Shown: positions 27,643 to 36,700 of the stretch, one piece after another | How the letters are laid out: the number at the start of each line of letters is the position of its first letter | Numbering within the stretch: position 1 is the stretch's first letter | Origin: an uncultured Spirochaetia bacterium | Lineage (GTDB): Bacteria; Spirochaetota; Spirochaetia; Sphaerochaetales; Sphaerochaetaceae | DNA length: 64,000 nucleotides | Direction: 5' to 3' | Assembly (NCBI GenBank): GCA_905236385.1 | Contig: CAJOOY010000034.1 | Location: 14,048 to 78,047, forward strand | Notes under the pieces: generated by a model | The model's database searches: none | The model's input: only the letters and a program-made list of their open reading frames with translations | What the model was told of the DNA's origin: nothing | Made by a program: the position numbers and the translations under genes

Positions 27643-29477
27643 TCAAAAGAAACGAAAACATCAGAAACATTGCAATCATTGCTCATGTTGACCACGGTAA
27701 AACTACACTTGTAGATGCGCTGTTTAAGCAGAGCGGTATTGCATCAAAAGACGGACAGGACCGCATAATGGATAGCGGGGCCATTGAAAGAGAGCGTGGA
27801 ATTACCATAAACGCCAAGAACTGTGCTATCAAATGGAAGGGCGTTAAGGTAAATATAATAGATACTCCGGGCCACGCAGATTTTGGCGGGGAGGTTGAAA
27901 GAGGTCTGAGTATGGTAGACGGCGTAATCCTTTTGTGTGACGCTGCCGAAGGCCCGCTTCCTCAAACTAGATTTGTTCTTCAGAAGGCTTTAGAGAAGAA
28001 GCTAGCTGTAATAGTTGTAATCAACAAGATTGACAGACAGGACGCCAGAGCTGAAGAAGTACTGAATGAAGTATACGATCTGCTCCTTGAGCTTGGAGAT
28101 GATGAGGCTCTGTTGGAAGTTCCTGTTTTCTACGCAAACGGTAGAGAAGGCATCTGTTCAAAAACCTTAAATGATCCAGAGGCTAAAAACCTTCACCCTC
28201 TGCTGGATGCGGTAATAGAGAGTATCCCAGCTCCTGTCTATGACACAGAGGAGCCTTTTCAGATGCTGGTTTCGGACCTGTCTTACAGTGATTATCTTGG
28301 CCGTCTGGCTGTTGGAAAGATTATTAACGGGAGTGCTTCAGTTAATGATGTCCTGGTGTGCATTAATGAAAAAGGAGACCATATACCTCTGAGAGTTACC
28401 AGACTTCAGGTCTATGATGGGCCTAAGTTTGCTGAGGCTGCGGATGTTCAGAGTGGAGATATAGTTGTTCTTTCAGGAATAGAAGACGTGTCTATAGGAG
28501 ATACTATTTGTAATAAGAACCATATTAAAGCTCTTCCAAGAATCTATGTTGACCAGCCAACTGTGTCCATGCTCTTCTCAAAGAATATTTCTCCTCTTGC
28601 AGGTAAAGAAGGAACTCAGGTCACAGGAGCAAAAATCTGGGAGCGTTTACAGAGAGAGGCTCTTAGAAACGTCTCTATCTCTATTGAAAAGTCTGATAAT
28701 GAAAGCTTTGTAGTTAAAGGACGTGGAGAGTTCCAGATGGCAATCATTGTAGAGCAGATGAGGCGAGAAGGCTTTGAGCTCTGCGTTGGTAGGCCTAAAA
28801 TCATTTTCAGAACAGATGAGTTTGGTCACAAGACGGAGCCGGTTGAGGAGCTGCTTATAGACTGCCCTGAAGAGTACAGTGGAACTGTTATGGAGAAGCT
28901 GGCCAAGAGAAAGGCTATTTTGGAAAATATGAACTATCCTGGAAACGGAAGAGTTAAAATTCAGTTCTCCATTCCAGCCCGTGGCCTTATTGGTTATAGA
29001 GATGAGTTTTTAACAGATACTCACGGTTACGGAATTATGAACAGCAGCCTCAGAGGTTATGAACCATACAAGGGAGACTTCCCGGACAGATCTTCAGGTT
29101 CTCTTATCTGTGACAGAGCAGGTGAGGCTGTAGCCTATGGCTTGTGGGAACTGGAAGACAGAGGAAGATTTTTCATAGTCCCAGGGGACCCAGTATATGA
29201 AGGGGAAGTTGTGGGAGAAAGAAATAGAGAAGGAGATCTGCTGCTAAACCCAACCAGAACCAAGAAACTTACCAACCTTAGAGCTTCTGGCCATGATGAT
29301 GCTGTAACATTAACACCTGTTAAGAAACTGACTCTTGAGCAGGCAATCGGATTCATAAAAGACGATGAGCTGGTTGAGGTAACTCCATCTGCTGTAAGAA
29401 TTTGTAAGAAGATTCTTGATAGTCAGAAGAGAAGAATTTTTGAAAACAGGGGTGAAATACCTGACTGCTTGAAATAA
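27639..29477 (+). CDS. typA: Translational GTPase TypA/BipA
   Basis: AHVDHGKTT, DTPGHADF and NKID G-motifs. 612 aa with an EF-G-like domain layout. Confidence 0.95.
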   Translation: MIKRNENIRNIAIIAHVDHGKTTLVDALFKQSGIASKDGQDRIMDSGAIERERGITINAKNCAIKWKGVKVNIIDTPGHADFGGEVERGLSMVDGVILLCDAAEGPLPQTRFVLQKALEKKLAVIVVINKIDRQDARAEEVLNEVYDLLLELGDDEALLEVPVFYANGREGICSKTLNDPEAKNLHPLLDAVIESIPAPVYDTEEPFQMLVSDLSYSDYLGRLAVGKIINGSASVNDVLVCINEKGDHIPLRVTRLQVYDGPKFAEAADVQSGDIVVLSGIEDVSIGDTICNKNHIKALPRIYVDQPTVSMLFSKNISPLAGKEGTQVTGAKIWERLQREALRNVSISIEKSDNESFVVKGRGEFQMAIIVEQMRREGFELCVGRPKIIFRTDEFGHKTEPVEELLIDCPEEYSGTVMEKLAKRKAILENMNYPGNGRVKIQFSIPARGLIGYRDEFLTDTHGYGIMNSSLRGYEPYKGDFPDRSSGSLICDRAGEAVAYGLWELEDRGRFFIVPGDPVYEGEVVGERNREGDLLLNPTRTKKLTNLRASGHDDAVTLTPVKKLTLEQAIGFIKDDELVEVTPSAVRICKKILDSQKRRIFENRGEIPDCLK

Positions 29478-29513
29478 ATAAAAGTTATATAACTTTAATA
29501 GATGTTAAGTATA

Positions 29514-29548
29514 AGAGGAAAATCTGTTTGATTTTCCTCTATTTTTTT
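29514..29548 (+). terminator. Rho-independent terminator after typA
   Basis: Perfect 11-bp stem AGAGGAAAATC/GATTTTCCTCT, 5-nt loop, then ATTTTTTT. Confidence 0.85.
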
Positions 29549-29556
29549 GTCTTAAG

Positions 29557-29653
29557 GTGGTTGAAAAGTGGTAAATAGTGGGATAAAAAAGGGTGTAGGT
29601 GGTAAAAATTCCCAAAAACTGGATATTTATTGGGAATAAGTGGGAGAGTGAAA
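29557..29653 (+). promoter_or_regulatory. Putative MraZ operator / dcw promoter region (phased GTGG/TGGGA boxes)
   Basis: GTGG at 29557, 29568, 29578 (GTGGGA) and 29599, and TGGGA at 29631 and 29640, in an otherwise AT-rich leader. The first three are spaced 10-11 bp. TTGAAA-N17-TAAAAA overlaps them. A 7-bp inverted repeat TTCCCAA/TTGGGAA lies at 29609 and 29630. Confidence 0.5.
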
Positions 29654-29654
29654 A

Positions 29655-30107
29655 ATGAACGGTGAGTTCAGAAACACAATGGATGAAAAAGGCAGACTCA
29701 TGATTCCCCCAAGGATCAGAGAACAGCTCGGTAGTGCTACCGGACTGATGCTGACAAAGTCCATGGACAACTCACTGTGGCTCTTTACTAAAGAAGATTT
29801 TGATAATCTTGATGCCGAGATTAACTATGGCCCTTTAGCCATGTTCAACAAGAACTCAAGAGCCCTGGATATGGCAGTTATTGCCCCGGCTAGGGAAGTT
29901 GAACTCGATAAGGCCGGAAGACTAAGTATTCCTCAGGTACTGAGGGATTATGCAAATCTGACTTCCAAGACCGAGTGCGTAATTCTCGGCTCTAAAAACC
30001 ACGTAGAGATTCTTAGTTCCGAATGCTATGAGAAGCTTGTTGAAGGCTACAGAAACCAGATAACAGAAGCTGGAAACAATCTCAGCGTTCAAAGGATGGG
30101 AATCTGA
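29655..30107 (+). CDS. mraZ: Transcriptional regulator MraZ
   Basis: Two SpoVT/AbrB-like repeats with DEKGRLMIP and DKAGRLSIP motifs. First gene of the dcw cluster. Confidence 0.93.
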   Translation: MNGEFRNTMDEKGRLMIPPRIREQLGSATGLMLTKSMDNSLWLFTKEDFDNLDAEINYGPLAMFNKNSRALDMAVIAPAREVELDKAGRLSIPQVLRDYANLTSKTECVILGSKNHVEILSSECYEKLVEGYRNQITEAGNNLSVQRMGI

Positions 30108-30988
30108 TGCAGTACGTACACTGTCCGGTCATGAAAGATGAGGTGCTGCAGTATCTGGTTCCAAAAAGAGAGAAGGCAATTATGGTTGATTGCACTCTCG
30201 GAGAAGGCGGACACAGCTTTCTGTTTCTTTCTGAGTATCCGGCTTTGAAAGTTATAGGGCTAGATAGAGATGATGCCATCAGGGCTAAGGCCATAAACAG
30301 GCTTTCAGGTTTTGGAGACAGATTCGAAGCAAAGGCAACCTGGTTTGATGATTTTTGGAAGAACTACGATGGTCCAAAGGTTGATTTAGTACTTTTTGAC
30401 CTTGGAATCAGCGTTTTTCACTATGAGGAATCTGGAAGAGGCTTCAGTTTCAGAAAGTCTGAAGATTTAGACATGAGACTGAATGCAAATGAAGGATTCT
30501 CGGCAAAAGATGTTGTAAACACATACGCCGAAGAGGATTTGGCAAATGTTATTTACAACTATGGAGAGGAGAGGTATTCAAGAAGAATTTCTAAGGCTAT
30601 CTGTGAGTATAGAAAGCAAAAAACTATAGAGAAAACAGACGAGCTGGCAGAAGTCATCTATAACGCAGTTCCGGGTGAATACAGGCACAGGAGAATTCAT
30701 CCTGCAACAAAAACCTTCCAGGCTTTGCGAATAGAGGTAAATGGGGAGCTGGATAGGATAGAGAGCTCTCTGGAGAATGCTATAAGGGCCTTGGTTCCAG
30801 GAGGAAGGTTAGCAGTTATTACCTTCCACTCTTTGGAAGATAGACCAGTTAAATGGTTTTTCAAAAGGCATACGGACCAAGTAGAGATTCTTACAAAGAA
30901 GCCTATAGTTCCAACGGAAGAGGAGTGCAGAACAAATTCTCCGTCTAGAAGTGCAAAATTGAGAGTTGTTGAAAAAAGGAGCATATAA
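30107..30988 (+). CDS. rsmH: 16S rRNA (cytosine1402-N4)-methyltransferase RsmH
   Basis: H.PVM start, DCTLGEGGHS, DLGISVFH and FHSLEDR motifs. Confidence 0.95.
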   Translation: MQYVHCPVMKDEVLQYLVPKREKAIMVDCTLGEGGHSFLFLSEYPALKVIGLDRDDAIRAKAINRLSGFGDRFEAKATWFDDFWKNYDGPKVDLVLFDLGISVFHYEESGRGFSFRKSEDLDMRLNANEGFSAKDVVNTYAEEDLANVIYNYGEERYSRRISKAICEYRKQKTIEKTDELAEVIYNAVPGEYRHRRIHPATKTFQALRIEVNGELDRIESSLENAIRALVPGGRLAVITFHSLEDRPVKWFFKRHTDQVEILTKKPIVPTEEECRTNSPSRSAKLRVVEKRSI

Positions 30989-30989
30989 A

Positions 30990-31286
30990 ATGGGTAAAGC
31001 ATTAAGAGCAAAAGGAAAGAGTTTTTCAATAGTAGTGATTCTTGTTTTTGTTGGTCTGTGCATGCTCGTTCCTGTATGGCAGAGTGCTGTAAGTGCCGGC
31101 ATAACTAGTAAGATTGAAATGTCCAAGTCAAATATTGTTTATCTCAGTGAAAAACAGATTGTTGAGAAGGGTCAGATTGCACGCAGAACTACTCCTGAGT
31201 ATCTGATTGAGCAGGCTTCTGTTCAGAATATTAACTTTACACAGATCAGTGACACAGTAGACGTAACTGTTGCAAGCGCACTTTGA
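30990..31286 (+). CDS. Small bitopic membrane protein, FtsL-like by position
   Basis: ATG lies 1 nt after the rsmH stop. Basic N-terminus, one TM (FSIVVILVFVGLCMLVPVW), then a short periplasmic coil. Occupies the ftsL slot of the dcw cluster. Confidence 0.55.
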   Translation: MGKALRAKGKSFSIVVILVFVGLCMLVPVWQSAVSAGITSKIEMSKSNIVYLSEKQIVEKGQIARRTTPEYLIEQASVQNINFTQISDTVDVTVASAL

Positions 31287-31316
31287 TTTTTTTATAATTA
31301 TTCCAGTAATCGCAAG

Positions 31317-32519
31317 GTGGGAACTGTGAACAGGAATAATTATGATGACTGGAATTTCATGGGCAAATCCCTTACTGGAAATGTTTCAGAAGGGAAAAGC
31401 TCAATTAACTTCAAAAGAAATTCAGTTGTCTTGTTCACAGTTATCCTGATTCTTGTTGTTTTAGGTCTTGTTTGTACATTTTCAGCTACTTATCCCCAGG
31501 CATTAACTGAAGGTAGAAATCACTACTACTATCTGCAGAACCAGATAATCTATATTTTCAGTGGTTTAGTTATTGGGCTACTGTTTTATTTTGTGCCAGA
31601 GAAGAGCTTTGAGGTACTATCTCCTCTCTCGGTTTTTATCTTCTTTGGCCTGGCAATAGCTTCTGAACTTGGAGCTTTGTTTTCTTCTGAGTTTACTTAT
31701 TCCCTTTTGGTGCTTGGAATTAGTATGTACCTTTCTCACTATTTTGGGAAAAGAAACAACAGTTTTGACAGGCTTAGAGAGATAGCTCTTCCTCTACTGT
31801 TTTGCGTAGCTTTCTTCTTTGTAGTTACGCTAGAGAAGAATCTGATGATGAGTCTCTTGTTTCTGGTGCTGATTATCTACTTGTTTGCTCTGGGAGGAGT
31901 AGGACTTGGGGGAGTATTGTTACTTATCCTCTTTATTGGTGTCCCCTTTGTCTGTACTGTCCTTTCAGACCCTAATGAGATAAAAGAGATACTGGGCTTC
32001 TTTATCCCAGGTCTCTTTACTGGGAACGATGCAACTCAGTCAGTACTTCGCTACAAAAGCATTTCTTCTGGAAATATTATGGGTAAGGGGGCAGCTCAAG
32101 GCTTGTATAAATACGGAGTGATTGATGGAATAGCTGGTCCCTATATTTTGTGTAACATATTTGAGGAATTTGGATTCTTTGGATTTGGAGTTGTCTCTTT
32201 TCTATTCATCCTGATTATTATCCTCGGTTACAGTGGAGCCAGGGGCTTGAGGAACATAAACTGTTTCTATTCAAACCTTTGCAATTCTATGACCACTCTA
32301 ATAGTGTGGCAGTTTATTCTCAATACTGCTTCAGTATTTGAAGTTCTGCCATTTTCATTTTTAAGTATGCCGTTTTTCTCCTATGGCATGGATGTGGCAG
32401 TGGTAATTATTGAGTGTTTCTTGCTACTGAAAACATTCAAAAAAGAAAAGGAGAAGGCCGAACTTCCGGTCTATCAGAAATACGATTACAGTCAGGAACC
32501 TGCACTTTATGAAAAATAG
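31317..32519 (+). CDS. SEDS-family (FtsW/RodA-like) membrane protein, highly divergent
   Basis: About 10 TM helices. Family landmarks TFSAT, SSEF (for QPSEF), TQSVLRYKSISSGNIMGKG, FEEFGFFG and MPFFSYG. Start uncertain: GTG 31317, GTG 31326 or ATG 31359. Confidence 0.7.
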   Translation: MGTVNRNNYDDWNFMGKSLTGNVSEGKSSINFKRNSVVLFTVILILVVLGLVCTFSATYPQALTEGRNHYYYLQNQIIYIFSGLVIGLLFYFVPEKSFEVLSPLSVFIFFGLAIASELGALFSSEFTYSLLVLGISMYLSHYFGKRNNSFDRLREIALPLLFCVAFFFVVTLEKNLMMSLLFLVLIIYLFALGGVGLGGVLLLILFIGVPFVCTVLSDPNEIKEILGFFIPGLFTGNDATQSVLRYKSISSGNIMGKGAAQGLYKYGVIDGIAGPYILCNIFEEFGFFGFGVVSFLFILIIILGYSGARGLRNINCFYSNLCNSMTTLIVWQFILNTASVFEVLPFSFLSMPFFSYGMDVAVVIIECFLLLKTFKKEKEKAELPVYQKYDYSQEPALYEK

Positions 32520-33255
32520 AAAACTGCTTGGTCTTATTCTGGTTCTGCTCTTTGTTGTAATTTTGGTTGCAGCTTTGTTTTTTGCAGCAAGGAACCTTAG
32601 TTATTTTGATGTAATGGAAGTAAATGTTACAGTCTCAGGCCAGAGTGGAACCATGAATAGTGATCTGATCAGGCTTCAAAACAGGTTGAAGGGCATGAAT
32701 ATTTTCGAGATATCTGTCTCAAATATTAAAAATACCATAAAAGGCTATGAAAGTGTGACTTCTGTGTCTGTCCAGAGGTATTTCCCATCTACTATCAACA
32801 TAGATGTTGTTTATCAAGACTACAGAATCAGGGCGTACTCAGAGTCAGAGATAGGCAGGGTTTACTACCTGGCAGATTCTTCTTCCATGCAGGAGACAGA
32901 TGAAGACACTTTTAATCTTTATTCACAGCTTCCGGCTGTAGAATTGAACACTGCTTATGCTGTTTTGATTGATAAATGGGGCTATGATCAGGGCTTTTAT
33001 CAGATGCTTGAACTGGCTGGTTCGGTTAGTTCAAACAACTTGATAACTACTATAAAATACGATAATAATAACAGTAATGAATTCGGCCTGATAGAGATGG
33101 TTTTATCCGGCATGAACACGTTCTTATATGTTCGTGAACCTGTTACACCTTCTCGACTGTCTGAAGCACTGGAACTTATAGTTCAGAAGCATGAGGGGTC
33201 AGCCGAACGAGTCAGGTATGACCTTTACTCAACTGCTTTGGTCAAAAGGAAATAA
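32509..33255 (+). CDS. ftsQ: Cell division protein FtsQ/DivIB-like
   Basis: N-terminal TM followed by a POTRA-like segment (FDVMEVNVTVSG). Lies between the ftsW-like gene and ftsA. Confidence 0.75.
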   Translation: MKNRKLLGLILVLLFVVILVAALFFAARNLSYFDVMEVNVTVSGQSGTMNSDLIRLQNRLKGMNIFEISVSNIKNTIKGYESVTSVSVQRYFPSTINIDVVYQDYRIRAYSESEIGRVYYLADSSSMQETDEDTFNLYSQLPAVELNTAYAVLIDKWGYDQGFYQMLELAGSVSSNNLITTIKYDNNNSNEFGLIEMVLSGMNTFLYVREPVTPSRLSEALELIVQKHEGSAERVRYDLYSTALVKRK

Positions 33256-33267
33256 GGAGGGAGAGAT

Positions 33268-34506
33268 ATGGCTTCAGAAAAAGTAATGATGGGGCTTGAT
33301 ATTGGTTCTTCATGGATTCGGGCTGCTATAGGCTCTATTTCCAAAGACGGCTCTCTTATGATAGACACTCTCTGCGAAAGACCCAGTGAAGGGGTACGTA
33401 ACGGTGTTATTGTTAACGTAGAGCAGACTCTTAAATCCGTTACTTCCGTTGTCCAGGAAGCAGAGTTACAGGCAGGAGTTGAGGTTCAGACACTTATAGC
33501 TGGAGTTGGGGGCTCTTCAATTGAAGGGCGCCAGAGTGAAGGCGTTATTGGAATAAACACAAAGGGTCTTGAGATAACCAGTTCAGATATTTTTAAGTCT
33601 CTTGAGGTGGCTAGAACTTTTGAGCTTGCTCAGGATAGATTTATACTTCACACCCTTGTTCAGGATTTTAGTGTTGATGGAAAAAGCGGCATAAAAGACC
33701 CTGTGAATATGTCTGGTCACAGGCTTGAAAGCAGGGCTCTTGTTGTCCTTGGTTCTCAGACTAACTGTTTAAATACAAAGAAGTGCCTGCAGAGAGCAGG
33801 TTTTAACAGTTCACGCCTTGTTCTTGAGCAGCTTGCGGATGCAGAGGTGGTTCTTGGAACAGATGAAAAGGAAATGGGAACCCTCTTGATAAACATTGGT
33901 TCAAACGTAACTAACATGATTGCGTACCAGGGTGGTTCTCCTTGTTATGTTGGTGGCGTTGATCTTGGAGGAAACAACGTTACTAATGATATAGCCTTCC
34001 TTCTTAACAAGCCAAAGAATACAGCAGAGCAGATTAAGTGCGAGTCCGGTAGCTGTTTTATCCCGTCTGTTAAACCTGAAGATAAGATAATTATCCCACA
34101 GGTTGGAGGGCTGCCTTCTATACAGATGCCTAGAGTTGAGCTGAGTAAGATAATTGAGCCTAGAATGGCTGAGATATTTTCTCTTCTTAAACAGGATTTG
34201 GAGCTTAAGGGCGTTAGAGGAAACTTTGGTGGTGGAGTTGTGCTTGTTGGCGGAGGCTCTCTTATTTCAGGAGCTACAGAGCTTGCTAATGAGATTTTCC
34301 GCATGCAGGCAAGAATTGGCTTCCCTGAGGCTCTTCCAGGACTGGACAGAACCTACATTGATCCAAGGTACACAACTGTTCTTGGACTACTGAAGTCAGA
34401 GGCCAGAAGAAGTGGTGGTGGCTCATCCAAGATGAGCAATGGCAAGGATTCTTCAAAATCCGGCTTTTTCAGAAAGCTGTCCAACTTTATCAAAACTGTT
34501 GTTTGA
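33268..34506 (+). CDS. ftsA: Cell division protein FtsA
   Basis: Actin-fold motifs (GLDIGSSWIRAAIG, GVVLVGGGS) and a C-terminal amphipathic helix (GFFRKLSNFIKTVV). Confidence 0.95.
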   Translation: MASEKVMMGLDIGSSWIRAAIGSISKDGSLMIDTLCERPSEGVRNGVIVNVEQTLKSVTSVVQEAELQAGVEVQTLIAGVGGSSIEGRQSEGVIGINTKGLEITSSDIFKSLEVARTFELAQDRFILHTLVQDFSVDGKSGIKDPVNMSGHRLESRALVVLGSQTNCLNTKKCLQRAGFNSSRLVLEQLADAEVVLGTDEKEMGTLLINIGSNVTNMIAYQGGSPCYVGGVDLGGNNVTNDIAFLLNKPKNTAEQIKCESGSCFIPSVKPEDKIIIPQVGGLPSIQMPRVELSKIIEPRMAEIFSLLKQDLELKGVRGNFGGGVVLVGGGSLISGATELANEIFRMQARIGFPEALPGLDRTYIDPRYTTVLGLLKSEARRSGGGSSKMSNGKDSSKSGFFRKLSNFIKTVV

Positions 34507-34531
34507 TGTATATTTTGAGTGAGGAAATATA

Positions 34532-35773
34532 ATGGATTTTGCAACTATTGAAGATTTATTGAGTGACGAACAGAGTCAGCCTACTGAAATTAAGGTTATT
34601 GGTGTTGGCGGAGCAGGTGGAAACGCTGTCAACAGAATGATTTCAGCAGGCCTTAAAAAGGTTACCTTTGTAGCCATGAATACAGATGTCCAGGCACTTC
34701 AGAGATCTAATGCCAGCATAAGACTTCCAATTGGAAAAGAACTAACAGGCGGTCTTGGAGCCGGTGGAATTCCCGAGATGGGAGAGAAGGCTGCTGAAGA
34801 GAGCAAGGAAGAGATTAAAAAGCTTCTCCATGGAACAGATATGGTCTTTATCACTGCTGGTATGGGTGGTGGTACTGGAACTGGTGCTGCTCCAATTGTT
34901 GCTGAGATTGCAAAAGCTGAAAATATTCTCACAGTTGCTGTTGTAACTACGCCTTTTGCTTTTGAAGGTAGAAAGAAGCTTGAGTTTGCCAATCAGGGTA
35001 TAGAGAAGCTTAGAAAGCAGGTAGATACACTTCTTCTCATTCCTAACCAGTACCTACTGAAGGTTGCTGAAAACAACACACCAATTAGACAGGCCTTCCT
35101 TCTTGCTGATGATGTATTGAGACAGGGTGTTCAGGGCATTTCAGAGCTTATTACTGAGCCGGGTGAGATAAACATTGACTTTGCTGACGTAAGAACAGTT
35201 ATGAAGGGCAAGGGAGATGCAATCATGGGAATAGGTCTCGGTGAAGGAGCTAACAGAGCCATAGATGCAGCAAGACTTGCTGTTAACAATCCACTTCTTG
35301 AAAATGCCAAGATTGATGGAGCTAAGAGCGTTCTTGTAAATGTTACAGCAGGAGATGGTCTTACTCTTACAGAGTTCCAGGATGTTGTTGAGCTTATTAC
35401 AGAGAACTGTGATTCTGATGCTCTTATCATCTCTGGTCAGGCCTATAATCCAGATCTTGGAGACAAGGTTCAGGTTACTGTTGTTGCTACAGGCTTCAAG
35501 CAGGAGTCTATCTCTGTAGATATGCCTGAGTATGAAAAGCCAAGAAAGAGATTTGACCAGTACTTGAATTCTGAAACACCAAGACAGGAGGAGTCTTCTT
35601 CTGCGCCTACACAGAAGCAGGAAGAGGTGATAACTGTTAACAGATGGCAGGATTTACAACAGCAGATTGGTAGAAGACAGAATTCAGGTAATTCCACTAC
35701 TCCATCTCAGAATGATTACTCTTATCCTGCAATTCTCCGCTACCAGCGTAGAGATGATGAAGGAAACAACTAA
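34532..35773 (+). CDS. ftsZ: Cell division GTPase FtsZ
   Basis: GVGGAGGNAVN and the tubulin signature GGGTGTGAAP. C-terminal conserved peptide YPAILRYQ. Confidence 0.98.
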   Translation: MDFATIEDLLSDEQSQPTEIKVIGVGGAGGNAVNRMISAGLKKVTFVAMNTDVQALQRSNASIRLPIGKELTGGLGAGGIPEMGEKAAEESKEEIKKLLHGTDMVFITAGMGGGTGTGAAPIVAEIAKAENILTVAVVTTPFAFEGRKKLEFANQGIEKLRKQVDTLLLIPNQYLLKVAENNTPIRQAFLLADDVLRQGVQGISELITEPGEINIDFADVRTVMKGKGDAIMGIGLGEGANRAIDAARLAVNNPLLENAKIDGAKSVLVNVTAGDGLTLTEFQDVVELITENCDSDALIISGQAYNPDLGDKVQVTVVATGFKQESISVDMPEYEKPRKRFDQYLNSETPRQEESSSAPTQKQEEVITVNRWQDLQQQIGRRQNSGNSTTPSQNDYSYPAILRYQRRDDEGNN

Positions 35774-36647
35774 GAGTTTACTTAAGGCTTTTGAAGAGAG
35801 CCTTATTGTTGAAAGGCATGCTTCTTCCGCAACCAGGGCAACCTATAAAAGGGAGATAGCATGCTTTCTTTGTTATTTAGAATCAATTAATGAAGATGTT
35901 GATACTGTAAGTACTCAGCAGTTGCATTCATACCTAATTGAGCGATCAGAGAATCTATCTTCAAGAACAAGGGCCAAGGTTGTTACTATTCTCAGAGTGT
36001 TTTTCAAGTATGTTTGCTCTGAACACATGAGAAAGGACGACCCGACTGAGCTACTGGAAAGCATTCACTTAGAGAGAAAGCTTCCAACAGTTATTGACTA
36101 TGACTGTGTCGAGAAGATTCTTGGAGCAATAGACACAAGTACCGAAATAGGAATTAGAGACAGAGCTCTTTTTGAACTTATTTACTCCTGCGGTTTGAGA
36201 GTCAGTGAATGTACATATTTAAAAAATACTGACTACTACAGGGAAGAGAAGAAAATAATTGTAACTGGGAAAAGAGATAAGCAGCGCTTCATTCCAATTG
36301 GAGATAGGGCTGTTGAGGCTTTAGAAAGGCATATTGGATTCACAAACGCCTCAGGTAAAAAGAGAATCTACATATTTTTTGATGAGAAGGGAAAACCCTT
36401 AAGTAGGCAAGCTGTGTGGTACAGGCTGAAATTTTATGCTGAAAAGGCAGGAGTTGAAGCTAAAGTTCATACTCTTAGGCACAGCTTTGCAACCCATATG
36501 CTTCGTAACGGAGCAGATTTAAGGTCGGTTCAGGAGCTACTAGGACACTCGGATATAAGAACCACAGAAATATACACCCACGTAAACACTGATAACCTCT
36601 ATCAGGCCTTTCTTAAGGCAGATTTTGATAAGAAAGATGATGAATAA
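35754..36647 (+). CDS. Tyrosine recombinase, XerC/XerD family
   Basis: Start taken at MMKETTK, overlapping the ftsZ 3' end by 20 nt. CGLRVSE, HTLRHSFATH, LGHSDIRTTEIYTHV (R-H-R-H-Y set). About 297 aa. Confidence 0.88.
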   Translation: MMKETTKSLLKAFEESLIVERHASSATRATYKREIACFLCYLESINEDVDTVSTQQLHSYLIERSENLSSRTRAKVVTILRVFFKYVCSEHMRKDDPTELLESIHLERKLPTVIDYDCVEKILGAIDTSTEIGIRDRALFELIYSCGLRVSECTYLKNTDYYREEKKIIVTGKRDKQRFIPIGDRAVEALERHIGFTNASGKKRIYIFFDEKGKPLSRQAVWYRLKFYAEKAGVEAKVHTLRHSFATHMLRNGADLRSVQELLGHSDIRTTEIYTHVNTDNLYQAFLKADFDKKDDE

Positions 36648-36700
36648 TTACAAGGCTTAAGCACTTTGAAGCGTCTTAATTGGTAGAAGGAGATTTTACC

